64,000 nt of DNA from Octopus sinensis (GCF_006345805.1 NC_043001.1:14198001-14262000); one strand, 5' to 3'; shown: positions 37,388-50,694, counted from the first letter of the stretch. Notes: generated by a model from the sequence alone, not told the origin. Numbers and translations are program-made.

Positions 37388-38791
37388 TTTAAATGAAGTC
37401 ACTCAGCTTGATATCAAATGCTTCTTGCACAAGAAACACCTTAAGCTGATGACTGTTCATTTGAAATTCATTAAATGATGTGTGTGTGTGTGTGTGTATA
37501 TATATATGTGTGTGTGTGTGAGACCATGTATATTTATTTTATTTTATTTTTATTTTATTTAGTTTCAGCTCACAAGCTGTGGCCATGCTGGGGCACCGCC
37601 ATTTGGTGTTGCTACATGATTTTACTTCACGAATGCTTTTTAGCAAATGCCATCTGGTGCATAACATATATATACATATGATATACCTTTTATATATTTA
37701 TACATATATAATGTGTGTTGTGTTTGTTTGTTTTAGATGAATATCAACAACTATGTAAATACTTTGGAGGTGTTTTTCTGGTTGTGATAAATTTTGTTGA
37801 TATAAAGTGACTTTTTGGGATCAATATTAATTATTTTTTTAAATGATAAGATAAAGAATATTTATTAAACTGAAATTGTTGTAATTAAATATTAACATTC
37901 GGGTGTGGGGAAGATAGGGAATGAAATTAATTATCAAAAAAACAATAAGCAAATATTATTTAAGAAATAGAAAAATGATTTAGAATTACAGAAAACAATA
38001 TCATTATTTTGTTTTTTTTTAAATTTAGTAAATCATAAAGAAAAATAGTTTTAAGAAAAAAATACAATAAAATGAAAGAATCCAGTTTTAAATATGATTT
38101 TAAATCTTTCAGATTTGATTTCTGAAACACACATTCGTATGAATTCTCAAAGAATTTGCAAAGGTAACATTACCAAAACATAATTACAAACATCAAATTC
38201 AAAAAATCTGTTTTTGTTATTTGTGGGGGATTTTTTTTTCTTTTGGCATTTTTATCAATTTTTTTTTTTGGCGGGGGGTGTTTGTTGTATAGTGATATTT
38301 CACTATCAAAATAAAAATTGGAACTTTACCAAATCAATCTAGTCTCTGCTTAACCAAGATGGGGGGGGGAGATTGAGAAGAAAATACCAATAGACTGTAA
38401 CAGAACAACAAAAGTAAAAAATAAAAAAATGAAAAACAATATAATAGTATTTGTTTTTATATTCTGCTGAATTTTTTTTTCTTCAAACGTTAAAGTGAAT
38501 CATGTTTTTTTTCCAATCATGGAATTTCAAAAGAGTTGATTCTTTTAAATGTTAAGAGATACCAGTAGATTAGAAAGAGAAATCTTTGTAGACTTGCAGA
38601 AATCAAGAATATATACAAAAAAATTTTTAAAAAAGAACATAATAATAATGATAATAATAATAATAATAATAACAACCTCAGGTGAATTTGAGCTCAGAAC
38701 ATAGCAACGAACGAAATACCACTAAGCAGTTCATCCGGTGTGCTAACAATTCTGCCAGCTCATCACCTCATATAATAATAATAATGAAAAG

Positions 38792-38843
<52 letters not shown>

Positions 38844-39077
38844 CAATAACAATGATAATAATAATGATAGTAATAATAATCCTTTTTACTAAGGGCACAA
38901 GGCCTGAAATTTTGGGGAGGAGACTAGTCGATTACATCAACCCCAGTGCGTAACTGGTACTTATTTAACTGACCCTGAAAGGATGAAAGGCAAAGTCAAC
39001 CTCAGTGGAGTTTGAACTCAGAACATAAAGATAGATGTCTAATATGTTAATGATTTTGGCCAGCTCGCCACCTTCAA

Positions 39078-39162
<85 letters not shown>

Positions 39163-39687
39163 GTTTCAAATTTTGCCACAAGGACAGCTTGGGGGAGCTG
39201 GGGATGAGTCGATTACATTGACCCCAGTCTTCAACTGGTACTTAATTTATCGACCCCGAAAGGATGAAAGACAAAGTTGACCTCAGCAGAATTTGAACTC
39301 AGAACGTAAGGACAGACGAAATTCCACTAAGCATTTTGCCTGGCGCACAGCGATTCTGTCAGCTAGACCACCTTTTTCATAATGATAATGATAATGATAA
39401 TAGCAATAATGATAATAATAACAATAATAATAATGATAATAATGATAATAATAATAATAATAATAATAATAAGGGTTCAAATTTTGCCACAAGGGCAGTA
39501 ATTTGAGGCGAGGGGATGAGTCAATTACATCGACCCCAGTGTTCAACTGGTGCTTATTTTATCAACCCTGAAAGGATGAAAGGTAAAGTCAACCTCGATG
39601 GAATTTGAACTCAGAACGTAGCAATAGGTGAGATACTGCTAAGCATTTTGTCCAACCTGCTAACGATTCTGCCAGCTTGCCACCTTA

Positions 39688-40096
39688 CTCTCTCTTTTAC
39701 TCTTTTACTTGTTTCAGTCATTTGACTGCGGCCATGCTGGAGCACCGCCTTTAGTCGAGCAAATCGACCCCGGGACTTATTCTTTGTAAGCCCAGTACTT
39801 ATTCAATCGGTCTCTTTTGCCGAACCGCTAAGTGACGGGGACATAAACACACCAGCATCGGTTGTCAAGCAATGCTAGGGGGACAAACACAGACACACAA
39901 ACACACACACATATATATATATACATATATACGACAGGCTTCTTTCAGTTTCCGTCTACCAAATCTACTCACAAGGCATTGGTCAGCCCGGGGCTATAGC
40001 AGAAGACACTTTCCCAAGATGCCACGCAGTGGGACTGAACCCGGAACCATGTGGTTGGTTAGCAAGCTACTTACCACACACCCACTCCTGCGCCTA
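39688..40096 (-). mobile_element. SINE family A, full length
   Basis: Family A consensus. Confidence 0.9.
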
Positions 40097-40365
40097 TAAT
40101 AATAATAATAATAAATAATAATAATTATAATAATAATAATAATAATAATCCTTTCTACTATAGATACAAGGCCTGAAATTTTAGGGGATGGGGCCTGTCA
40201 ATTAGATCGAACCCAGTACGCAACTGGTACTTAATTTATCGACCCCGAAAGGCTGAAAGGCAAAGTTGACCTCGGCGGAATTTGGGCCCAGAATGTAGTG
40301 ACGAACGAAATATCACTAAGCATTTCATCCAGTGTGCTAACAATTCTGCCAGCTCACCACCTCAT

Positions 40366-40396
<31 letters not shown>

Positions 40397-40613
40397 TAAT
40401 TTTTTCTATTCTAGGCACAAGGCTTGAAATTTTGGGGGATGAGGTCCAGTGGGTTAGATCGACTCCAGTACGCACCTGGTACTTAATTTATCGACCCCGA
40501 AAGGCTGAAAGGCAAACACAGTCTAAGCAGGATTTGAACTCAGAACGTAGCAACAGGTGAGACACCGCTAAGCATTTCATCCAGCATGCTAACGATTCTG
40601 CCAGCTCACCACC

Positions 40614-40659
<46 letters not shown>

Positions 40660-40661
<2 letters not shown>

Positions 40662-41112
40662 GCAAATATTCTGCTCAATACCACAGATTTGCTTGTCAGT
40701 TGTTTGACCTTAACCAGTTGAGCATGTCCCTTAGTGGCTGACGATATGTGCATCTCTGATCACGAGCAGAAGTAGTGGGGGAGCATCATAGCCATGTGTT
40801 GAGAGGGATTCTTTGGGGTTTGAATAATTCACCTCTGGAAAGATGGGTGTTTCGTTCAACACCCTTAAACAACCCTTATTCAGGGACCTTTTGAGCGGGA
40901 TGGGCTACTCAACCAGAAGAAAATTCTAACTGGGCCGCACCTGCAAGGTCATGTGCTGTTTATCTTGATATGAGATCACCATGTCGTGCACATATGGTTG
41001 TGATGCATGTGCCTGGTGTACCTTTATCAGATGGGTAGTCATGATGGGTATATTGGGCTTCGTATATTTTACCCCAGTGTCACTTTGATGGCATGCACTG
41101 CTCTCTCACTCA
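40660..41112. mobile_element. Unclassified ~450-bp insertion within (AAT)n
   Basis: Complex, GC-richer sequence bounded by (AAT)n on both sides; no ORF, no recognised termini. Confidence 0.45.
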
Positions 41113-41581
41113 ATAATAATAATAATAACAACAATAATAATAATAATAATAAAAATCATGGTTTCAAATTTGGGGCACAAGGCCAGAATTTCAAGCAAGG
41201 GAGTAAGTCAATTACACAGACCCCCAGGGCTGAACTGGTATTTATTCTATCAACCTCAAATGGATGAAAGGTGAAGTCCACCAAGGTGAAATTTGAACTC
41301 GGGATGTAAAAGCAGATGAAATGCTGCTTGGTCAGCTCGCAACCTGCATGTAATCATAAAAATAATCATGGTTTCAAACTCTGGCACAAGGACAGCAATT
41401 TCAGAGGTGGGACTAAGTCGATTACATCAACCCCAGTATTCAACTGGTACTTATTTTATCAACCCCGAAAGGATGAAAGGCAAAGTTGACCTCGGCAGAA
41501 TTTGAACTCAGAATGTAAAGGCAGATGAAATGTCACTAAGCAGTTTCTCCAGCTTCCAATGATTCTGGCCAGTTTGCCACC

Positions 41582-41629
<48 letters not shown>

Positions 41630-41978
41630 GAGTTTCTTTGCCCTAGGAGTCGGGAAGACACCCAGCAAGAAATGGAAGCAAATTTGAAAGAAGAAGAAAA
41701 ACCCATAAATAATAATAACAGCAATAATAATAATAGTAATAATAATAATAATCCTTTCTATTATAGACACCAGGCCGGAAATAAGTGGGGAAAGGGTTAA
41801 GTCAATTACATCGACCCCAGAATTCAACTGGTACTTAATTTATCAACCCCAAAAAGGATGAAAAGCAAAGTCAACCTCGGCGGAACCTGAATTCAAAATG
41901 TAGCAACGGGAGAAATACCACTAGGCATCTCACCTGGTTTGCTAATGATTCTGCTAGCTCCCGCCTTATATAATAATA

Positions 41979-42023
<45 letters not shown>

Positions 42024-42231
42024 GTTTCTAAATTTGCCACAAGGGCAGCCATTTTGGTGGAGGGGATGAGTCGATTGCATTGACCCCAGTGTCTAACTGG
42101 TACTTGTTTAATTGACCCCGAAAGGGTGAAAGGCAAAGTCAACCTCAGGAGAAGATGAACTTAATACGTAGTAACGGGAGAAATACCGCTGAGCATTTCA
42201 TCTGGTGTACTAACAATTCTAACAGCCTCCA

Positions 42232-42282
<51 letters not shown>

Positions 42283-42399
42283 TGATGATGATGATGATGA
42301 CGATGATGATGAAGACACACAAGATGTAATATTGTTCACTAGATGGCACTCTTCTTTTAATTTTGACTCTATATCTTCTGGAGGAGTTACCTCAATCCT

Positions 42400-42517
42400 T
42401 TATATATTAATAATAATGATAATAATGATAATAATAATGATGATGATAATAATAATAATTATAATAATAATAATAACAATAATAATAATAAAATAATAAT
42501 AATAATAATAATAATAA

Positions 42518-42581
<64 letters not shown>

Positions 42582-42593
42582 TAATAATAATAA

Positions 42594-42643
<50 letters not shown>

Positions 42644-42670
42644 GTAATAATAATAATAATAATAATTAAC
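42400..42670. repeat. (AAT)n microsatellite
   Basis: Direct inspection. Confidence 0.95.
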
Positions 42671-43190
42671 AGAAATACTTTGAAAATAATAAAGTGAAGT
42701 ATTGTTTCAATGTTCTGTTGTCATATTTGGGTTTTTTAGGGGTTTTTTTTACATTTTAAAACCAGCAGTCTCAGCACAAAAGTCCATACTGGAGCAATTT
42801 TGATAAAATATACTTTTGTAGTTTATAAAAATGAGAAAAAAAAAACTTGACATCTTTCAAGTTCAGCTGAGCAGAACATTACAATTTTACAAAAAACATC
42901 TGTAAAAAAAACACAAAATTTGACTAACTTCCATTATAATTCTCATTTGAATATGCTGTAGTTTAAGGAATGGAGGGACAGTCACCACTGGTACACAACA
43001 TACACCTTGCTGTAAATTATTCATGGAATGGCTGGAACAAACCATGAGGTGGCTTTCTTATAATAAAGCAGAACTGGTTACCGTCTTTCGACAGACATAA
43101 GCTTTATGTAAGTAATGTTTCTTATTGGAAATAATGTGTTCATGAGGGTGTGTGCATATAAATAGATGTGTCTGTATACATGCACACAGG

Positions 43191-43238
<48 letters not shown>

Positions 43239-43354
43239 TGTATGTATACATATATGTGTGTGTTTATGTGTGTGTATATATATATATATTTATAAAAATG
43301 GTAAGATAACAAAAGAAAGAAAGACACCTCGATATTATGCAAATAGAGGAATTT

Positions 43355-43564
43355 ATCTGTAAATGTAATATATGACAATTATTCGGTAGCCAAGATAAAA
43401 CTCTGAGTTTCGGATGCCGAGGTGGAAATCCACGCCACCATCTCTTCCGTTATATGGCTATCGGATAACTGAAGAGATGGTGGCGTGGATTTCCACCTGG
43501 GCATCCAAAACTCAGAGTTTTATCTTGGCTACCGAATAATTTCTTATATATTACATTTACAGAT
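43355..43564. repeat. Fold-back inverted repeat (~100-bp arms) carrying a hammerhead motif in each arm
   Basis: 43355-43454 vs 43465-43564; the right arm ends in (TA)n. Confidence 0.93.
43464..43524 (+). ncRNA. Hammerhead motif with G12->A (mirror copy at 43394-43454 on the minus strand has U4->G)
   Basis: GATAA-CTGAAGA-GATG...CATC-C-[A]AAA-CTCAGAG-T-T-TTATC. Confidence 0.65.
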
Positions 43565-43780
43565 ATATATATTGATCAAAGTATAGAGTATTATAGATCC
43601 ATTTCTGCCCATCTTACCAATTTGTCTTTGCACTGAGCATCAGTTAATTAGATATAAGAAAACAGGGCAATTAGCTAAGACGACATGATCTTCAGAGATG
43701 GTAGGTAAGGAAAAAAATATGGAGACTGCTCTCTGATATTGGAGGTGAAAAATGTCACATACAGTTTGTGGATACATAAT

Positions 43781-44060
43781 GGTCACTGCAAGACAAAAAC
43801 AGTAGTATATAAGGTTGAGGTAACATGAGAGGGCACTACTAGGCAGTCAAATGTACAGAAGTATGTAGGTGCCACAGAAGATCTTTTCAAGACCAGATTC
43901 AACAACCATAAGTCTATCAATATCCAGGAAAGATGCTTGTGAAGCCAGTAAATAGAAGTGTTACAGACTACAATATCTTGTGGAAAATCTTAAAGAAGTA
44001 AAGCCATATTTTAATAGCTGCTGAAAATGCAGGTTACATTTAACCAAAAAAAGAATCATA
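43781..44060 (+). mobile_element. Penelope-like GIY-YIG endonuclease remnant
   Basis: GHCKTKTVVYKVEV...KYVGATEDLFKTRFNNHKS, then YNILWKIL..VKPYFN..CRL. Confidence 0.8.
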
Positions 44061-44635
44061 TTAAAATTCCTCAGCACCTGGACATCTACCTAAACTACAG
44101 AAATGAGAGTTTCAGCCCATGCCCACATGACAGAAGGTACATATTTTCCTTAATTATGGGCCCCACCATGACTACATTCCCTAGGTTCTACACCAAAACC
44201 CCTCCTACCATCACACCCTGAGAGCCTAGTAAAGTCCTTTAACTAAAACATACACATGTTCTCAAACAAGGACTTAAATTTTTAGACATGTGCCTAAAAC
44301 CCCAAGTCGTCATTCCATCCCCAAAGAATCCCTGCACTTACACAAACCTTACACACATACCAATCCCTTAAAACCTTACTGCATATATTTTCAGCACCCA
44401 TGAATCAGAGCAGTCACCATATTTTTTGCATACCTGTCAACTCTGAAGAGCACATGGTGTTACATAACTACCCTGTTATCTAATACCTGGTTATCTAGTA
44501 CCAAGTGCAAAACTCATTGATAAGATCAGCTGAAATGAATCTATAGATATAACATTGTATACTTTGATTACTATACCCATTCTTTTGACAAATATAGTAC
44601 ATATTTTTTCTGACTTATGGATTCTTAGACAACTC

Positions 44636-44718
<83 letters not shown>

Positions 44719-45166
44719 TGGGAAGCAGCGGTGAGTCAAATTTCTGTAAATAGATTTATAAGCTCTCACCATTTATTGTCTATAGAAATCAGCCTAAAAT
44801 TAGAGCAAATAAACTCCTATAACAGTTTGACAGTTTGACTTGCTTCCACATAATTTAAAGTTTCATGTACAACATTAGGATCATAACACTCATCAGATGA
44901 TCAGACGTATCCTACATGCCCGTTTTTTTCCATTGTGTTATGTATGTATCTATGTATGAATGTATGTAATTCCTTTCAGTGGTATAGCATGGAGAGTGTG
45001 GGTAGTGTCAACCACACAAGGAGGCTGCTTTTACAATTGGAATTGTTGAAATCAAAGATACAGAAGGCTTAAAAAGGGGGCAACAATCAGTATGACGACC
45101 ACACAGGGTTACCAAAATTCCCCCCACACACACACACACACATATGTGCATACACACGCCCACACA

Positions 45167-45220
<54 letters not shown>

Positions 45221-46085
45221 CTTACATATATACATAACGTAAGTGCAACTTTTAATGGATGTGAGCCTGGGTGAAAGCATTTTTAATGGCTTGGTTTTAT
45301 CCCTCAAATGTGCAGGTGAATATGTGGATATGGGTGAGCAAATGTCCCCTAAAATAAACTTGTATGTGTCAGAGGTGGGTGCACTTTGGAAAGAGGAGTG
45401 CAAATATATATATATACAGTTATATATATACATATATGCATATGTGTAAGTATATGCATGTATATATATATATACACTTTATATGTGGGTTTACAAGACT
45501 ACCAACAGTTTCAGGTAAAGAGAAATCTCTTAATAATTATCAAGCCTGGCATATGCAAACATTGGTGTTCATCACTGTTTTGGATGAGAATATCAAAATG
45601 GAAACGATTACCAACTCTCTCGTGTGGCAGGGTTGATAATTGTTAAGAGATTGCCCTGCATGAAACCATTGGTATCCCTGCTAATCCACTGAGTATATAT
45701 AAATATATATATATATATATCAAGGTCACAATTTTGGAGGAGGGTTTGGATGGGGTTTTCAAAATATAATGTACATCAATAAATAGAATTTTTTTTTTCT
45801 GACTTTGACAACAGGGATAAAAATATTTTGCACAAATCTGTTTGAAAATTGCTTCCAAGTTAATACAACAGCTAACGTATACCTGAGAAACAAAGAATGA
45901 CATTCCATATAAAAATTGGATTTCAAAACCAAAAATTTACACCAGACAAGAAAAAATAGCTGGGATATCTTTAGGTATGGAAAAAAGACACAATTATTTG
46001 AGTAATTTACAGTTGGGTTTTTCTTCAATATTTTTGGTAATTTATAATTTTCAATTTTTAAAATTATACATTTTGTGTGTGTATG

Positions 46086-46140
<55 letters not shown>

Positions 46141-46302
46141 GTATATATATGTACATGTAAATATAAATTTATACATATTTACATATGTATATATATCCAT
46201 ATCATATATATGCATATATGTTCATGTATATGCACACACATATATATGTATATGTATATATATATACACATATACACACATATATACATACACATATATA
46301 TG

Positions 46303-46374
<72 letters not shown>

Positions 46375-47270
46375 CCTTACAAGTCATTGAACAAAGGAAA
46401 AAAGTAGCACTCAACCCATTTGGTTAGAGTGACATGCATTTACATAACAGTTTGACAGTTTGACTCACTTCCACATAATTTAAAGTTTCATGTACACATT
46501 AGGATCATAACACTCATCAGATGATCAGACGTATCCTACATGCCCACAAAACTTTAAGTCATGTAAAGCTCTTTTAAACTATTATTATATACATAAATAA
46601 TTTATTTTGGTCGAGTCAGTCTCTTGCTGTTGTGTTTTGCTGTCAGTGCACAGAGTCTTCAGGCAAGTTACACCATGTCATCACTTGCCTTTAAGATCTT
46701 ATGCACCCACAGGTAAAACTCGGACTAGCAAGAAAATAACTCGACCAAAATAAAGATGATAACCACTACTATTGTATGGAGTACTTTTTTCTCCCAACAG
46801 TCAACACTGAATAGATATGTATGTGCATATATGTATATATTTATGCATACATATATATATACATGCGTACATACATATATATGTGTATATATAAATATGT
46901 GTGTGTATGTGTGTGTGTATGTTTATGTATGTATGTATGTATTGGAGTGAACATCAATATGATACAATTTGGTAAATCCTGTTTTCTAGAGAATTCTTTT
47001 GTTGTAGGATTCCTTCATTCTTACTAGGGTGTTACAAATTTCATGCCAACTTACATTTTGATGTTACCTTATTTGCCCTTTATTAATCTTCATTATATAG
47101 CAAGTACAACCATCTTGGTGTCTGGAAATTAGAAAAAAAAGTAAAAGAAATCTCAAAAAATCGGTAAGAAGAATTGCAAACAAAAATTTTGGTAAACAAA
47201 GATGATCCAAAAATATTTTTTTTAATTTATTACTTTTGAAATTTATTCAAGAAAACATAATTTAATGATT

Positions 47271-47481
47271 CTCTCTTTTACTCTCCCTTTTACTTGTTTC
47301 AGTCATTTGACTGTGGCCATACTGAAGTACCGCCTTTAGTCGAGCAAAGCGACCCCAGGACTTATTCTTTGTAAGCCTAGTACTTATTCTATCGGTCTCT
47401 TTTGCTCAACCGCTAAGTTACGGGGATGCAAACACACCAGCATTGGTTGTCAAGCGATGTTGGGGGGGGGGACAAACACAG

Positions 47482-47520
<39 letters not shown>

Positions 47521-47665
47521 CATATATACGACGGGCTTCTTTCAGTTTCTGTCTACCAAATCCACTCGCAAGTAGAAGACAATTGCCCAAGGTGCCACGC
47601 AGTGTGACTGAACCCAGAACCATGTGGTTTGTAAGCAAGCTACTTACCACAGTGCCACTCCTACA
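47271..47665 (-). mobile_element. SINE family A
   Basis: Family A consensus. Confidence 0.88.
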
Positions 47666-47678
47666 CCTAAGTTCTATA

Positions 47679-48140
47679 TACGAGTTCTGATCAATAAGTA
47701 TCCGGACTGGTGCTATAAAAACAAAACTGTATCATGTACCAATTTGGCATTTAGTTTCCTTCAAAGTAGTCCCCTTCGGAAGCCACACACTTAATCCAGC
47801 GCAGTTTCCATTGATGGAAGCATTCCTGGAACTCGTTTTCTGGGATAATCAGCAGCTGCCACATCATATTCATTTTCTGTTCTTCAATGTCCTGAAATCT
47901 TCCTTTCAAGCGAAATTTGATTTTTGTGAAGTGGAAAAAGTTGCAAGGGGCGAAATCTGGGGAAAACGGTGGCTGCCAGACCTGGGGAATGTTGTGTCTG
48001 GCCAAAAGTCATTGCACAAGCTGCAATGAATGGACAGAGGCATTGTCAGCTGAAAGCAGTTTTCATACAAACTTGGCAGACACACATCTCATACCCTAAT
48101 CTTCAGTGATAATGGATTGGACTGAACTGTGACTAATCTG
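47679..48140 (-). mobile_element. Mariner transposase remnant with one TIR
   Basis: TA-CGAGTTCTGATCAATAAGTATCCGGACT terminus; QPPFSPDFAPCNFF...WIKCVASEGDYFEGN. Confidence 0.88.
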
Positions 48141-48162
48141 CACATCCTTTGATATATTTCTC

Positions 48163-48740
48163 TACTACCCATAAGGGGCTAAACACAGAGAGGACGCATA
48201 AGGACAGACAAATGGATTAAGCCGATTATATCGACCCCAGTGCATAACTGGTACTTAATTTATCAACCCAGAAAGGATGAAAGGCAAAGTCGACCTCGGC
48301 GGAATTTGAACTCAGAATGTTAAGGTAGATGAAATACCTATTCTTTACCACCCACAAGGGGCTAAACACAGGGAGGACAAGCAAGAACAGACAAACGGAT
48401 TAAGCCGATTACATCGACCCCAGTGCATATCTGGTATTTATTTATCAACCCCGAAAGGATGAAAGGCAAAGTCGACGTTGGCGGAATTTGAACTCAGAAT
48501 GTAGAGACAGACGAAATACCAATTTCTTTACTACCCACAAGGGGCTAAACACAGGGAGGACAAACAAGGACAGACAAACGGATTAAGTTGATTATATCGA
48601 CCCCAGTGCATAACTGGTACTTAATTTATCGACTCTGAAAGGATGAAAGGCAAAGTCGACCTCAGCAGAATTTGAACTCAGAACGTAGCAGCAGACGAAA
48701 TACGGCTATGCATTCCGTCCGGTGTGCAACGCTTCTGCCA
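48163..48740 (-). mobile_element. SINE B trimer (one full unit plus two headless units)
   Basis: Junctions at about 48335 and 48517 have the same register as the 25-26 kb array. Confidence 0.9.
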
Positions 48741-48942
48741 ATATAGTCTCAAATTTTCATTGACACCACAAAACACTTTTGAACAAGCAACACCGATTCC
48801 ACAGCTCCATACTTTGAAATGACTAAACATGAACAACTATTGGAACTTACATACCCTGTACAGGAAACATTTTTACCACTTCTACACTCCAGTTCCCTCG
48901 AAGAATGGAACTGTAACTACCATATCTTTCATCATCATCATC

Positions 48943-50375
48943 ATCATCATTTAACGTCCGCTTTCCATGCTAGCATGGGTTGGACGGTTCAACTGGGGTC
49001 TGGGGAGCCCGAAGGCTGCACCAGGCCAGTCAGATCTGGCAGTGTTTCTACAGCTGGATGCCCTTCCTAACGCCAACCACTCCGAGAGTGTAGTGGGTGA
49101 TTTTATGTGCCACCGACACAGGTGCCAGACGAGGCTGGCGAACGGCCACGCTCGGATGGTGTTTTTATGTGCCACCGACACAGGTGCCAGACGAGGCTGA
49201 CGAACGGCCACGCTCGGATGGTGTTTTTATGTGCCACCGACACAGGTGCCAGACGAGGTTGACGAACGGCCACGATCGGATGGTGTTTCTTACGTGCCCA
49301 CAGCACGGAGGCCAGTCGATGCGGTACTGGCTACGGCCACGTTCGGATGGTTTTCTTGTGTGCCACCGGCACTGGTACCACAAAGATACAAATTCCATTG
49401 ATGTTCATCTATTTTGATTTGATTTGATTTGATTTGATTTTCACTTGCCTCAACAGGTCTTCACAAGTGTCACAAGAAGGAAGGAAGGTATGCACAGGTG
49501 AACTGACAACGTCCCAGGTAGGGGCCACGGGTTATGGCCTGACTAGTCTTGTCGGGTCTTCGGATGATGTTTTTATGTGTCTCCGACACAGGTGCCAGAT
49601 GGATGGTGTTTGTTACGTGCCCACAGCACGGAGGCCAGTCGATGCGGTACTGGCTACGGCCACATTCGGATGGTTTTCTTGTGTGCCACCGGCACTGGTA
49701 CCACAAAGATACAAATTCCATTGATGTTCATCTATTTTGATTTGATTTGATTTGATTTGATCACTTGTCTCAACAGGTCTTCACAAGTGTCACAAGAAGG
49801 AAGGTATGCACAGGTGGACTGACTACGTCCCAAGTAGAGGCCACGGGTTATGGCCTGACTAGTCTTGCCGGGTCTTCGGATGGTGCTTTTATGTGCCACC
49901 GACACAGGTGCCAGATGAGGCTGGCGAACGGCCACGATCGGATGGTGTTTGTTATGAGCCCACAGCACAGAGGCCAGTCGATGCGGCACTGGCTACGGCC
50001 ATGTTCGGATGGTTATCTTGTGTGCCACCGGCCCTGGTACCACAAAGATACAAATTCCATTGATGTTCATCTATTTTGATTTGTTTTGATTTGATCACTT
50101 GCCTCAACAGGTCTTCACAAGTGTCACAAGAAGGAAGGTATGCACAGTGGCCTGACTAGTCTTGCCGGGTCTTCAGATGGTGTTTTTATGTGCCACCGAC
50201 ACAGGTGCCTGATGAGGCTGGCGAACGGACATGATCGGATGGTGTTTGTTACGTGCCCACAGCACGGAGGCCAGTCGATGCGGTACTGGCTACGGCCACG
50301 TTCGGATTGTTTTCTTGTGTGCCACCGGCACTGGTACCATAAAGATACAAATTCCATTGATGTTCATCTATTTTA
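48943..50375 (-). repeat. RTE-LINE 3' UTR (family E) with nested 61-bp and ~325-bp tandem repeats
   Basis: (CAT)n tail at 48943; 61-bp unit x3 at 49104-49290; larger units delimited by caacaggtcttcacaagtg at 49451, 49773 and 50105. Confidence 0.85.
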
Positions 50376-50554
50376 TTTCGATTTTCACTTTATATATAGA
50401 TTTTCATCTTTATATATAAGATTTTCATCTTTATATATATTATTTCTACTTTCCTTCTTTATATATATTATTTCTACTTTCATTCTCTTTCATTCTCTAT
50501 ATTCCCTATTTCCTCCTTTTCCATAATAATTCACACTCAAATATTTTCTCACAC

Positions 50555-50604
50555 AGTCTCTGATGAAGGGATATCCATAATATCTCAGAAACAGCTGTAA
50601 GACT
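50555..50604 (+). ncRNA. Minimal type-I hammerhead ribozyme, canonical core
   Basis: AGTCT-CTGATGA-A-GGGATAT/ATATCTC-A-GAAA-C-AGCT-G-T-A-AGACT. Confidence 0.85.
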
Positions 50605-50694
50605 ATTTCCTTATAAATGTCCTGAAATCTCCTCACAGCCTTGGATTTGTTATCTCATTCTGTCTAATACATATATATATATATATATATATTT

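Larger units (their letters stand above)
38678..42230 (-). mobile_element. Cluster of about ten co-oriented SINE B2 copies nested in (AAT)n
   Basis: Copies near 38678, 38880, 39161, 39473, 40149, 40404, 41158, 41368, 41752 and 42022, most bounded by (AAT)n. Confidence 0.9.

Noticed and set aside
37740-37815. Possible exon after ttttag (DEYQQLCKYFG...)
   Set aside because: Phase-incompatible with the 27701 candidate, weak donor, no recognisable homology.
42295-42390. Minus-strand peptide IEVTPPEDIESKLKEECHL between triplet repeats
   Set aside because: No convincing splice sites or homology; too short to support.
44425-44465. CTGAAGA-GCAC/GTGT downstream of the GIY-YIG remnant
   Set aside because: GAAA is absent; at most a decayed relic.
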